Of a stretch of 64,000 nt of DNA, positions 53,401-64,000 are shown piece by piece. The stretch is from the NCBI GenBank assembly GCA_963785305.1, contig CAWAUV010000007.1:544001-608000 (forward strand). Direction: 5' to 3'. The stretch comes from an uncultured Planctomycetaceae bacterium. GTDB taxonomy: Bacteria; Planctomycetota; Planctomycetia; Pirellulales; PALSA-1355. The position numbers were made by a program, and so were the translations under genes. The stretch's first letter is position 1. Each line of letters begins with the position of its first letter. The notes below the pieces were generated by a model. The model had not been told where the DNA came from, made no database searches, and saw only the letters and a list, made by a program, of their open reading frames with translations.

Positions 53401-55452
53401 ATGACGATCCAGCGCCCCGAACCACCCCCGAGCCCGCTCATCGCCGTGCCCAACGCGGCCGCGGCGCCCGCCGCGCCGGGGGGGGCCAACGTATCGAGCA
53501 CGACGCCGGTATTGAGCACGACGCTGGCGGCGAGCCCTGGCGACGAGCGGCGCCCGCGGCCGGCGGTGCGCAGTGCGGTGGTCGTGGCGGTGATGGCGCT
53601 CATTGCCTGGTACTACGCATGGACCGCGGGCACCAACGGCACTCCGCTCATCGTGCCTCCGGGAACCATGTTCACGGCCCACGACGACGAGATCTGCGCG
53701 AACCACTACGGCTACTACAACCTCCTGGCCGACGCCTATTTGGCCGGCCAGTTGAGCCTGCTGGTCGAGCCGCCCAAGGAACTGCTCGCGCTCTCGGACC
53801 CCTACGATCCGAAACAGAACAAGCCCTATCGACTACACGACGCCACACTGTTCAACGGCAAATATTACCTCTACTTTGGCCCGACGCCGGCGCTGCTTTT
53901 GTTCATTCCGTGGCGCCTGCTGGGCCTCGTGGGCGTGGGCCACGTGAGCGAGCCGCTTGCCACCGCGATTTTCGCCTTCGGAGCCTATGCGTTCAGTGTG
54001 CTCTTGCTGCGACACTTGGTGCGCAGGCACTTGCCCAAGACCCCCTTCTGGATGGAGCTTACGGGCGTCGTCTGCCTGGGCCTTAGCAACACCATGCCGT
54101 TTATCTTGCGGCGGCCGGTGGTTTATGAAGTGGCGATCACCTGCGGTGCGATGCTCTCGATGGGCGGGCTCTACTTCCTGATCCGCGGCTACGAAGGCTG
54201 GCGGCGCCCCTTGTCGTTTTCGCTCGCGAGCCTGATGTTCGGCTTGGCGATCGGCGCGCGGCCGAATCTGGTGCTAAGCGTGCTCCTGCTGGCGGCGATC
54301 GGGCTATTGATCCTTAAGAATGAATACCACCGGCGCGTGTTTGCGGCCTGGCGCGAAGCGACGGCGCTCGCCGCGCCCTTTTGCGCCTGCTTGGCCTTGG
54401 TCCTGGCATATAACTTCGCGCGATTTGAGAAAGCATCGGAGTTCGGGCTCATATATCAACTTGCGGGCACAAAGGTTTCCACGATCGCTCTCCTTGGTTT
54501 TTCAAATATCGTCCCGAACGCGTACTTTTACTTTCTCGCGCCTCCACGCTTACATTTCCTGTTTCCATATGTCCGATTAGCTAAAGATTTTCCTGGTGCA
54601 GTACCGGCGACGTATCTTGGCGTCGAGCCGGTCGCGGGCCTCTTTATTGTGGCTCCTATTAGTCTATGCGTTCTGTTTTTCCCGTGGTTACTCGGTCGCG
54701 GATGGCGTCGCCGCGGAGATTTTTTTGTTGCGATGTGCTCTTTAGTAGGGACTGGAATCGCGATCGCATTCTTCGTCTCGTTGATTATTCCAGCAGCAAC
54801 AATGCGTTACGAGGGTGACTTCGTTATGCCGTTGCTACTCGCAGCGGTTCTACTTTGGATTTGTTCGGCAAGCGTAGTGACGACACAACGCGCCCGGATA
54901 AGGTTGAACATGTTTGTCGCCGCCGCCGTCGCGTTCGGCTGCATTTTTAATTTAGCGATCGGGATGCTCGGCTATTTTCAACTATTTGAACGCGGCGAAC
55001 CGGGAACCTATGCGGCGATAGAGAGAATGTTCCTTCCCGTTACGAACTTTCTGGGACGTGTCGCGTCGGCGCCCTCGCGAATAAGACTGTTCGTTTGCCC
55101 TGCAAATCAATTTGATGATGAACTCGGGTCGCCGGTTTATCGAATTGATGAGCAGCCGGCGGTCGTGAAGGCATATTTCCAAGAATCCGCCGCATTGAGT
55201 ATTCGCGCCCTATGGAATCAGGTTCCGAGTTCATTGACTGATGGCCCGAAGGTGGTGCGACTGAGTGTCAACGGTCATTCATTCGGCGACTTTACAGTTT
55301 GCGATCCAGCGGAGCATGATATTACCATTCCACTTGCCGCGGGGCTGAATCTGGTCACGGTGAGCGTTGACGATGGGTCACGTTCGTCGGCGCATCCGGC
55401 CGTGGAATGCCGAAATCTCAGGATTGCTAGCGAGACGCTACCGAGCCATTAG
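53401..55452 (+). CDS. Polytopic membrane protein, possibly GT-C-fold glycosyltransferase
   Basis: About 10-12 TMs; loop YYNLLADA...PYD...HD...GKYYLYFGP; GARP, RY..D motifs; glycan-cluster context. Confidence 0.6.
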   Translation: MTIQRPEPPPSPLIAVPNAAAAPAAPGGANVSSTTPVLSTTLAASPGDERRPRPAVRSAVVVAVMALIAWYYAWTAGTNGTPLIVPPGTMFTAHDDEICANHYGYYNLLADAYLAGQLSLLVEPPKELLALSDPYDPKQNKPYRLHDATLFNGKYYLYFGPTPALLLFIPWRLLGLVGVGHVSEPLATAIFAFGAYAFSVLLLRHLVRRHLPKTPFWMELTGVVCLGLSNTMPFILRRPVVYEVAITCGAMLSMGGLYFLIRGYEGWRRPLSFSLASLMFGLAIGARPNLVLSVLLLAAIGLLILKNEYHRRVFAAWREATALAAPFCACLALVLAYNFARFEKASEFGLIYQLAGTKVSTIALLGFSNIVPNAYFYFLAPPRLHFLFPYVRLAKDFPGAVPATYLGVEPVAGLFIVAPISLCVLFFPWLLGRGWRRRGDFFVAMCSLVGTGIAIAFFVSLIIPAATMRYEGDFVMPLLLAAVLLWICSASVVTTQRARIRLNMFVAAAVAFGCIFNLAIGMLGYFQLFERGEPGTYAAIERMFLPVTNFLGRVASAPSRIRLFVCPANQFDDELGSPVYRIDEQPAVVKAYFQESAALSIRALWNQVPSSLTDGPKVVRLSVNGHSFGDFTVCDPAEHDITIPLAAGLNLVTVSVDDGSRSSAHPAVECRNLRIASETLPSH

Positions 55453-55497
55453 CCTGCTTGGTTGATGCAGAAAATCAATATTTCGCGGAGTTCGTTC

Positions 55498-56448
55498 ATG
55501 GATCGTTTCATCGCCGGCGGCGCCGGGTTCATCGGCAGTCATATCGTCGAACGTCTGCTGGCGACGACCGACGAAGGCCGCGTAACGGTTTTTGACAATT
55601 TTTCGTCGGGGCAGGAATCGTTTCTGGCGGCCAGCCGCGCCAACCCGCGGCTCAACGTCGTCAAAGCGGACATCAAGGACCTGCCCGCGCTGACGCAGGC
55701 GATGGCAGGCCATGAAATGGTCTATCTTTTCGCCTCGAACCCCGATATCGCCAAAGCCGCCACCGATCCGGCGATCGACTTCTGGGAAGGCACGTACCTT
55801 GTCAATAACATCGTCGAAGCCATGCGAATCAACAAGGTCCCCAAGCTGATCTACGCCTCGGGCAGCGGAGTGTACGGCGAAGGCGGCCTCCATGAATTCA
55901 CGGAGGATCATGGCCCCATGTTGCCGATATCGACTTACGGGGCGAGCAAGATGGCCGGGGAATTGCTGATTGGCGCCTACTGTCACATGTTCGGCCTTTC
56001 GGCCCGGTGCTACCGGTTTGCGAATGTGGTCGGACCCCGGCAAACGCATGGCGTGGCTTTTGATTTCATCAATCGGCTCAAGGCCAACCCAAGCGAACTG
56101 CAAATTCTGGGCGATGGCGAGCAGAGCAAATCATACATCCATGTCGACGACATTCTGGATGCGATCGCGTGGAGCGATCGGCATTCCACTCGGCAGTTTG
56201 ACTATTTCAACGTCGCCACGGGCGATTATATTACAGTCCGCGAGATCGCCGACATTGTTGTCGATGTAATGGGGCTGCGTCGCGACAGCGTGAGTTACAA
56301 GTTCACGGGCGGCGATCGTGGGTGGAAAGGCAACGTGCCCGTCGTGCGATTCAGTGTCGCAAAGATCAATAACATGGCTTGGCGGGCGAAGCTCCAATCG
56401 AGAGAAGCAATTCGGCAAGCCGCGCGTGCAATGCTCCGCAATCGTTGA
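55498..56448 (+). CDS. NAD-dependent epimerase/dehydratase
   Basis: GGAGFIG, YGASK, GDGEQSKSY. Confidence 0.92.
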   Translation: MDRFIAGGAGFIGSHIVERLLATTDEGRVTVFDNFSSGQESFLAASRANPRLNVVKADIKDLPALTQAMAGHEMVYLFASNPDIAKAATDPAIDFWEGTYLVNNIVEAMRINKVPKLIYASGSGVYGEGGLHEFTEDHGPMLPISTYGASKMAGELLIGAYCHMFGLSARCYRFANVVGPRQTHGVAFDFINRLKANPSELQILGDGEQSKSYIHVDDILDAIAWSDRHSTRQFDYFNVATGDYITVREIADIVVDVMGLRRDSVSYKFTGGDRGWKGNVPVVRFSVAKINNMAWRAKLQSREAIRQAARAMLRNR

Positions 56449-56592
56449 CCCTATCTTCGCGAAGTTCTACGACTTTTTGCGAAAATGTTTGCAGTGTTAT
56501 CCGCGTCGCGTTGTTCTGATTCGCGGCGGCAGGCACTTTTTTCGGCGCGGCGCGGAAATATTCCGCCGAAAGAACGAATTGAGAATTACCAA

Positions 56593-58185
56593 ATGATAAT
56601 CGTCGTCGGTTCGGGGCCTGCGGGAGTCGCTGCGGCAGCCGCGCTGCTGCGGGGCGGAAGCACCGTGACGATGCTCAACGCCGGCGTCGACATCGAGCCG
56701 GAACGGCGAGTCATCCTTGATAAATTACGGGGTCAGGCGCCTCCCGACTGGGACCCATCGAGTATCGATTTCATAAAAACAGGAATGAAACCAAGCGCGA
56801 GAGGAGTGCCCCGTAAGCTTTCATACGGATCGGACTTTCCATTTCAAGCGGCTGATGAATATTTGAATCTCGCCGGGCCCGCCACAATCAATACAGCGGC
56901 GTCGTTCGCGTGTGGAGGTTTCAGCAATGTCTGGGGCGCCGCGATCATGCCGTATTCGTCGTCGGACATCGCGGGCTGGCCCATCGGAATCGACGATCTG
57001 GCGCCCCACTATCGCGATGTTCTTGCGTTCATGCGAATGTCCGCGCCCGCGATGATCTGGAACCGTTGTTTCCATTATACGCCGACGAATTCGACGCACT
57101 CGAATCAAGCCGTCAGGCGAACGAATTTATCGCCGACATGTCGAAAAACCGCGAAGAATTAGGCGAAGCAAATATCCATTTCGGCGCCTCGCGATTGGCG
57201 GTCGACATACGCGGAGACCACGAGCGGCGGGGATGCGTGTACTGCGGCCTGTGCATGTACGGTTGCCCGTATGGATTGATCTATAACAGCGCGAATACCG
57301 TAAGTCAGCTTCAGGCTAATCGGCAATTTACATATTTGAAGAATGTCGTCGTTCATCGTATTCTGGAGCGCGGCAATGAAGTCGTGATCGAAGCGACCGA
57401 TCGTTTCACGAAGAATCCCATCCAATTCAATGCGGGCAGGGCGTGCCTTGCATGCGGCCCGATTTCCACGACCCGTATTCTATTGGAGTCGCTTCGCGCA
57501 TACGACTCTCCCGTCGAGCTACTGGATAGCCAGCAATTCCAGCTTCCATTGCTTCGTTATCGGAGCGCCGGAAAAGTAACTCGCGAGCCATTGCATACGA
57601 TGGCTCAAGCGTTTCTCGAAATTCTCGATTCGCGGATTGATCCGCACACTGTACATTTACAGGTTTATACGTACAACGACCTCTTCCTGGAAGCGATCAA
57701 GAAAAAAGTGGGTCGGTTTTACCCGCTGCTAAGCGCTCCGCGAATGAATTCCTCAACCGATTATTGTTCACGTTCGGCTATCTACATTCGGACTCGTCAC
57801 CCAAGATTGATTTGCGCCTAATTCATTCAAATGGCGCGAATCAGCGCGAATTGAGAATGAACATTAATCCGAATGGTAGCGGCGCCGCGGAAACGGTTCG
57901 GCGCCTCGTCAAGAAGCTTTTTCGCTGCCGCGAATATTTGCCGCCGTCCCCTTGTCGCCACTCGTCGAAATTAGTAGGGTCGGGCAAGGGTTCCACAGTG
58001 GCGGAACATTTCCCATGGCCCTGAAGCCTCAGGGCTATCAGAGCGACGTTCTTGGGCGTCCGTGTGGCTTCAACCGGGTTCACGCTGTCGATTCGACGAT
58101 CTTTCCAAGCATCCCCGCGACGACGATCACGCTTTCGATCATGGCGAACGCCCATAGAATCGGCTCCGCCATCGCAGCGGCATAG
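56593..58185 (+). CDS. GMC-type FAD oxidoreductase with CxxCxxCxxxCP; several frameshifts
   Basis: VGSGPAG, GGFSNVWG, CVYCGLCMYGCP, HSGG, VDSTIFP..P....T..IMANA.RI. Confidence 0.8.
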
Positions 58186-58195
58186 CTAGACTGAT

Positions 58196-59118
58196 ATGAT
58201 TACATTACGATGCGCAATTACTGGAGCTAACGGCTACGTGGGCTCTTGCATTGGCAAAGCCATGGAGCGAGCGGGCATCGTGGTGCTGAAACTCCAGCGC
58301 CGTGGCGTTGCTGATCCGGGCTTCCGGCGGTTTTCGTTGGACAGTGGCGCAGATACTGACTCGCTCCGCGGCGTTGATGCGCTGGTTCATTGTGCTTGGG
58401 ATATTACCGCCCATTCTTGGGACGAGATTACGGCGACGAACATTCAAGGTTCGCAACGTCTTTTTGAGCATGCAAAAGCCGCGGGCGTCAAACGGGTCGT
58501 GTTTATTTCGAGCATGAGCGCTTTTTCTGGCTGCAAGTCACGCTATGGACGCTCGAAGCTGGAAGTAGAATCGATTGCCGATCGGTTCGACGTTGCGATT
58601 GTTCGGCCGGGACTTGTTTATGGGGATGCTTCCGGCGGCATGATCGGGGCATCGCAAAGGCGACCGCATTGCCGGTGCTGCCCTTGATCGGCGGCCATCA
58701 GAAACTGTATCTTGTCCACGAAGATGATTTATCGCGACTTGTGATCGACCTTTGCCGCGGCGACGTTTCGTACCCCGGATCGCCGATCGTCGCCGCGCAT
58801 GCTCGGGCTCGAACGTTCCATGAGATCATGACGATTCTAGTCGCGAGCCAAGGGAAACAGACATTCCTGATACCGATGCCCTGGCGACCCCTGTGGCTCG
58901 CATTGAAAATCGCGGAGCTGATCGGAATGCGGTCGCGACTGCGGAGTGATGGCCTTGTCGGGCTATTGAACCCCGATTGCAACCCCGACTTCGGCGCGAC
59001 CATTGCAGCCGGCCTAAAGTTCCAAGAGTTCGTCGGCTTCGATACCAACGGCATCGGCGCAGCGACGGACAAATCGAGCGATGATCGCATGGTCGACCGT
59101 TCATTTCCGCGAAAATAA
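58196..59118 (+). CDS. NAD-dependent epimerase/dehydratase (atypical SDR); frameshift ~58650
   Basis: TGANGYVG, YGRSK, RPGLVYG. Confidence 0.85.
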
Positions 59119-59128
59119 AGGCTCACTC

Positions 59129-60347
59129 ATGAACGATTCGATCGGCCAAGTCGACGCCAAAGCGATCGCCGAAGGCGGTGATGATCCAGCCAAGGAAAAT
59201 GCGCCCATCGTTTCCATCGTCGTTCCCGCTTTGAACGAGGAATTGACCATCGGCGAGTTCGTCGACTGGTGTCATGAAGGGTTGCGGCGAGCCAACGTGG
59301 ACGGCGAAATTCTGATTATCGATAGCTCCGCCGATCGCACCGCCGAGGTCGCCGAGAGCAAGGGAGCTCGCGTGCTGCGCATGCCCAAGCGCGGGCTCGG
59401 AAGAGCCTATATCGACGCGATCCCGCATATCCGCGGCAAGTATGTCATCATGGGCGACTGCGATCTTACCTACGACTTTCGCGAAATCAAACCGTTCGTC
59501 GACGCGCTCGACGCCGGCGCCGAATTCGTCATGGGCACGCGCATGCGAGGATATATCGAGCCTGGCGCCATGCCGGCCCTTCATCGCTATTTCGGCACTC
59601 CGCTGACGACTTGGATTCTCAATCGGATGTACGGCACGCGGTATTCAGACATTCACTGCGGCATGCGGGCGATGACGCTCGATGCGCTCAAGCAGATCAA
59701 TATCCAATCGAACTCTTGGGAATACGCGTCGGAAATGGTGCTCAAGGCCGGCAAGCTCCGGCTGAAGACGGTCGAGGCGCCAATTCGCTTTTATAAGGAC
59801 CGGCCCGGCCGCCTCAGCCATCACCGCCGCTCGGGATGGTTTTCGCCCTGGATGGCCGGCTGGATTAATCTACGGGCTATGTTTCTTTATGCCCGATTTT
59901 TTTCTCTATAAATCCGGCCTGCTGATGCTATTGCTAGGCAGCCTATTGACGTGTGGTTTGAGTTTAGGTCCGGTCACGATCGGCTCGATCGGACTCAGTT
60001 TGCACTCGATGCTGCTCGGGGTGGCGCTCTCGGCGATCGGGTTCATCGCGCTCGGGCTCGGATTGCTGGCCCGCGTATATCACAATTTCGATTCGGCCTA
60101 TACGGCCAAGGTTCTTCGCACATGGTCGTATAATCGCGGCATGGCGGTGGCGGCCGTTTTAATATTTTCCGGCGTTGTCATCGATTCGTTGCTCGTCGCC
60201 GACTGGGTGCGCGGCGGTCTTCGTCTCGGTGGCCTCTCGTTCTCGGGCGTTCTGGGGCTTTGGCTCTTGATGCTGGGCTTCGAGACATTTGCATTCACTT
60301 TGATCCTGCACATGGTGGGGACGACCGAACGCGGGCGGTCCGAGTGA
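59129..60347 (+). CDS. GT2 glycosyltransferase with C-terminal TM domain; frameshift ~59890
   Basis: SIVVPALNEE, MGDCDLTYD, DIHCGMRA, EYASEM. Confidence 0.88.
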
Positions 60348-60393
60348 CTCTCGATTTCCCGCCGTGGCACGAAAGATATCGAAATCTCGGATA

Positions 60394-61015
60394 ATGGCGA
60401 AGCCGATGGAAACAACTCGCGACGAATCATATGGGCAGCGTCCGCTAACCTGGGTCGATCGCTTTGGCGTTTACCTTTCTCAGCGAGCAATACTTCGAAC
60501 TCTTCCCACGGGACGCAAGCTCGATGTTTTAGATTGCGGTTGCGGTTATCATGGCAAGATTCTAAATGCAATCCATCAACGCCTTGCGCGGAATCGGCAT
60601 CGATGTAAAAGTTTCGCCCGAAAAGCGAAGGCAAGGGAACATCGAACTGCGTGAAGGGAAACTCGAAACATCACTCAGCGCCGTGGCGGATGGCGAATTC
60701 GACGCGGTCCTCCTTATCTCAGTGCTCGAACATCTTAGCGATCCCCTCGAAGTGCTTGTTCATTGCCATCGACTGCTCCGGAGGGATGGTGTATTCGTCG
60801 TGAATGTTCCCACATGGCGTGGGAAAATATTCCTCGAACTTGCGGCGTTTCGCCTCGGCGTCGCCCCGGCATTTGAGATGGACGACCACAAGATGTATTA
60901 CGACCGCCGCGACCTCTGGCCAATGCTGGTGTGCGCCGGTTTTCGGCCAAGTCAAATTCGGTTGCGCTACCATAAGTTCGGCCTAAACCTCTTTGGTACC
61001 TGTTATAAACGCTAG
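60394..61015 (+). CDS. Class I SAM-dependent methyltransferase; frameshift ~60580
   Basis: VLDCGCG, FD.V....VLEHL. Confidence 0.82.
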
Positions 61016-61183
61016 AAGTGTTATTGGGGGTGCGGCAATGAACCGACTCTCTCGCGTGAACGTCGCTATGTCCAGATTCGCGAACGCGAAGGCGATGCGG
61101 GACCCGCTATCAACGCACATCGTCGTATCGCAATTTCCGGATGTTTTTCAAACTACATGTGAATCTTGATGCTGCCAGCGACG

Positions 61184-62053
61184 ATGTTCCCCTTTCCATC
61201 CTCCACAGCCGCCGCCCCCATTTGGACCGGGCGGGGTTTTCTCGTCGATGGGCAGCCAGCGCCGTTTTTGAGCTACCTCTCCGAGTCGAGCGGCTGGTCC
61301 GATGATCTCACTGGCTTTCATGAGCAGATCGCCGGGCAGCATCATCCGATCGATGTCGCTTCGCGCCGCAATGCCGTCGGGCAGCTTGTTCGCCGTTTGC
61401 CGCCGGGGGCCACCTTGCTCGAAGTCGGGTGTTCCTCCGGCTTTCTGCTCGAAGACCTGCGGGCCGCCATGCCCGGCGCCACGCTGATCGGCTCCGATTT
61501 CGTCGCCGGGCCGCTCGCGGCGCTCGCCCAGCGGATGCCCGATGTGCCGCTCTTACAGTTCAATCTGGTCACCTGCCCGCTCGAAGACGCCTGCGTCGAC
61601 GCCGTGGTGATGCTCAATGTGCTCGAACACATTGAAGAAGATTTCGCCGCGCTCAAGCAAACGTGTCGCATCTTGAAGCCGGGCGGACTCGTGGTGATCG
61701 AAGTGCCGGCCGGCCCGCAGCTCTACGACGACTATGACCGGTACCTGATGCACCATCGCCGCTACACGATGGCCGAACTGCGGGCCAAGGTCGCCGAGGC
61801 CGGGCTCGAATCGCTCGAAGCTTCGCATTTGGGCTTTTTCGTCTATCCCGCGTTTGTGCGGGCCAAGCGAAAGAACCAACGCAACATGGCCGGCGACGCC
61901 GCGGCGATGCAGCGCGTGACCGAGCGCGAGATTCAGCAAACCCGCGGCAGTCGGCTCTTGAAGCTGCTTTTGGACATCGAAGCCGGGCTCGGCCGCTGGG
62001 TTTCGTATCCCACGGGCATTCGCTGCACCATGGTGTGCCGCAAGCCGCTCTGA
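61184..62053 (+). CDS. Class I SAM-dependent methyltransferase
   Basis: LEVGCSSG, VLEHIE, LKPGG, HHRRY. Confidence 0.9.
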   Translation: MFPFPSSTAAAPIWTGRGFLVDGQPAPFLSYLSESSGWSDDLTGFHEQIAGQHHPIDVASRRNAVGQLVRRLPPGATLLEVGCSSGFLLEDLRAAMPGATLIGSDFVAGPLAALAQRMPDVPLLQFNLVTCPLEDACVDAVVMLNVLEHIEEDFAALKQTCRILKPGGLVVIEVPAGPQLYDDYDRYLMHHRRYTMAELRAKVAEAGLESLEASHLGFFVYPAFVRAKRKNQRNMAGDAAAMQRVTEREIQQTRGSRLLKLLLDIEAGLGRWVSYPTGIRCTMVCRKPL

Positions 62054-62124
62054 GCCGGTCGCACAACCCGGGGGAAGTCTCGCGGACCCGCCGTCGAGCG
62101 ATAACACAAGCCTGAAGCGCCAGC

Positions 62125-63608
62125 GAAGGATCCCCGTCGCTCGCGCTCCGGGCTTGTGTATCGGAAGGATCCCCGTCGCTCGCGCTCCGGGCTTGAGTGT
62201 CGGAAGGATTCCCGTCGCTCGCGCTCCGGGCTTGTGTGTCGGAAGGATTCCCGTCGCTCGCGCTCCGGGCTTGTGTATCGGAAGGATCCCCGTCGCTCGC
62301 GCTCCGGGCTTGTGTATCGGAAGGATCCCCGTCGCTCGCGCTCCGGGCTTGTGTGTCGGAAGGATTCCCGTCGCTCGCGCTCCGGGCTTGTGTGTCGGAA
62401 GGATCCCCGTCGCTCGCGCTCCGGGCTTGTGTATCGGAAGGATCCCCGTCGCTCGCGCCCTCCGGGCTTGTGTGTCGGAAGGATTCCCGTCGCTCGCGCT
62501 CCGGGCTTGTGTGTCGGAAGGATTCCCGTCGCTCGCGCTCCGGGCTTGTGTATCGGAAGGATCCCCGTCGCTCGCGCTCCGGGCTTGTGTATCGGAAGGA
62601 TCCCCGTCGCTCGCGCTCCGGGCTTGTGTATCGGAAGGATCCCCGTCGCTCGCGCTCCGGGCTTGTGTATCGGAAGGATCCCCGTCGCTCGCACTCCGGG
62701 CTTGTGTATCGGAAGGATTCCCGTCGCTCGCGCTCCGGGCTTGAGTGTCGGAAGGATTCCCGTCGCTCGCACTCCGGGCTTGTGTGTCGGAAGGATCCCC
62801 GTCGCTCGCGCTCCGGGCTTGTGTATCGGAAGGATCCCCGTCGCTCGCGCTCCGGGCTTGTGTGTCGGAAGGATCCCCGTCGCTCGCGCTCCGGGCTTGT
62901 GTGTCGGAAGGATCCCCGTCGCTCGCGCTCCGGGCTTGTGTATCGGAAGGATCCCCGTCGCTCGCGCTCCGGGCTTGTGTATCGGAAGGATCCCCGTCGC
63001 TCGCGCTCCGGGCTTGTGTGTCGGAAGGATCCCCGTCGCTCGCGCTCCGGGCTTGTGTGTCGGAAGGATCCCCGTCGCTCGCGCTCCGGGCTTGTGTATC
63101 GGAAGGATCCCCGTCGCTCGCGCTCCGGGCTTGTGTATCGGAAGGATCCCCGTCGCTCGCGCTCCGGGCTTGTGTATCGGAAGGATCCCCGTCGCTCGCG
63201 CTCCGGGCTTGTGTATCGGAAGGATCCCCGTCGCTCGCGCTCCGGGCTTGTGTATCGGAAGGATCCCCGTCGCTCGCGCTCCGGGCTTGTGTATCGGAAG
63301 GATCCCCGTCGCTCGCGCTCCGGGCTTGTGTATCGGAAGGATCCCCGTCGCTCGCGCTCCGGGCTTGTGTGTCGGAAGGATCCCCGTCGCTCGCGCTCCG
63401 GGCTTGTGTGTCGGAAGGATTCCCGTCGCTCGCGCTCCGGGCTTGTGTATCGGAAGGATCCCCGTCGCTCGCGCTCCGGGCTTGTGTATCGGAAGGATCC
63501 CCGTCGCTCGCGCTCCGGGCTTGTGTATCGGAAGGATTCCCGTCGCTCGCGCTCCGGGCTTGTGTATCGGAAGGATCCCCGTCGCTCGCGCTCCGGGCTT
63601 GTGTGTCG
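62125..63608. repeat. Tandem array, 38 x 39 bp
   Basis: Unit gaaggatYcccgtcgctcgcRctccgggcttgWgtRtcg; span 1484 = 38x39 + 2-nt insertion near 62459. Confidence 0.97.
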
Positions 63609-63659
63609 CGAGCGACGGCAACTCGAAATGCAATGGCGCCGACACGGGCGGGCGGCCGG

Positions 63660-64000
63660 CTATTTGGACGGCCCGATTCTCACCTGGCGGCCTTCGATGC
63701 TCACGCGGCCGGCGGCCAGCAGTCGCAGCGCGGCGGGATATGCTTCGCGCTCGGCGGAGAAGACTCGCGCGGCCAGGGTGTCGGGCGTGTCGTTGTCTTC
63801 GACCGGCACGGTTTCTTGCAGCAAGATCGGGCCGTGGTCGTACTCGTTGTCGACGAAATGCACCGTGCAACCGCTGAGCTTCACTCCATAGTCGAGCGCG
63901 GCGGCGTGAACATGGCGGCCATACATGCCGTGGCCGCAGAAGGCCGGTATCAATGCCGGATGGATATTCACCACGCGAAACGCGAAGTCGGCGGGAATCG
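63660..64000 (-). CDS. purN: Phosphoribosylglycinamide formyltransferase; 5' end outside window
   Basis: NIHPALIPAF.G...G.TVHFVD..YDHGPI. Confidence 0.95.
   Translation of the reverse strand, partial: IPADFAFRVVNIHPALIPAFCGHGMYGRHVHAAALDYGVKLSGCTVHFVDNEYDHGPILLQETVPVEDNDTPDTLAARVFSAEREAYPAALRLLAAGRVSIEGRQVRIGPSK

Noticed and set aside
1000..60600. Calling frameshifted genes pseudogenes or programmed frameshifts
   Set aside because: They include housekeeping genes, both halves are intact and no slippery sites are evident; sequencing error is simpler
62125..63608. CRISPR array
   Set aside because: Units are contiguous with no unique spacers, and no cas genes are in the window
61933..63891. 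Long repeat ORFs (645, 573, 564 aa)
   Set aside because: The 39-bp consensus unit has no stop in any frame, so long ORFs arise trivially; they overlap purN or the MTase and have no credible start

Overview
High-GC bacterial chromosome segment. The gene set (Tat-exported NHL and TIM-barrel proteins, prenyltransferase-like repeat protein, DUF11 protein, tandem clpP, short PII) suggests Planctomycetota; this is an inference from family content. Core content: guaB, a TPR/Wza/ExbD/TatA envelope block, a sigma-54 regulator, TolC, WYL regulator-tmk, tRNA-Ser(CGA), tRNA-Gly(GCC)-tig-clpP-clpP, murJ-PII-trpD, a ~16 kb surface-glycan cluster and purN. About 20 genes carry small frameshifts, most likely uncorrected long-read errors. 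Main unexplained structure: (1) a 2.6 kb islet at the tRNA-Ser 3' end, bounded by ~90 bp hairpin-containing direct repeats. It holds a decayed tyrosine integrase (catalytic Tyr codon is TAA) and an intact pair of proteases, a trypsin-like serine protease and a stand-alone FtsH/M41-like HEXXH peptidase. (2) A 38 x 39 bp tandem array that looks like an amplified arm of a REP-like palindrome found elsewhere in the window. (3) An in-frame Vsr-C5 methyltransferase fusion convergent with an orphan ParA-like ATPase. (4) A UDP-sugar dehydrogenase homologue with the catalytic Cys replaced by Thr. All calls come from reading motifs by eye; no searches were run.
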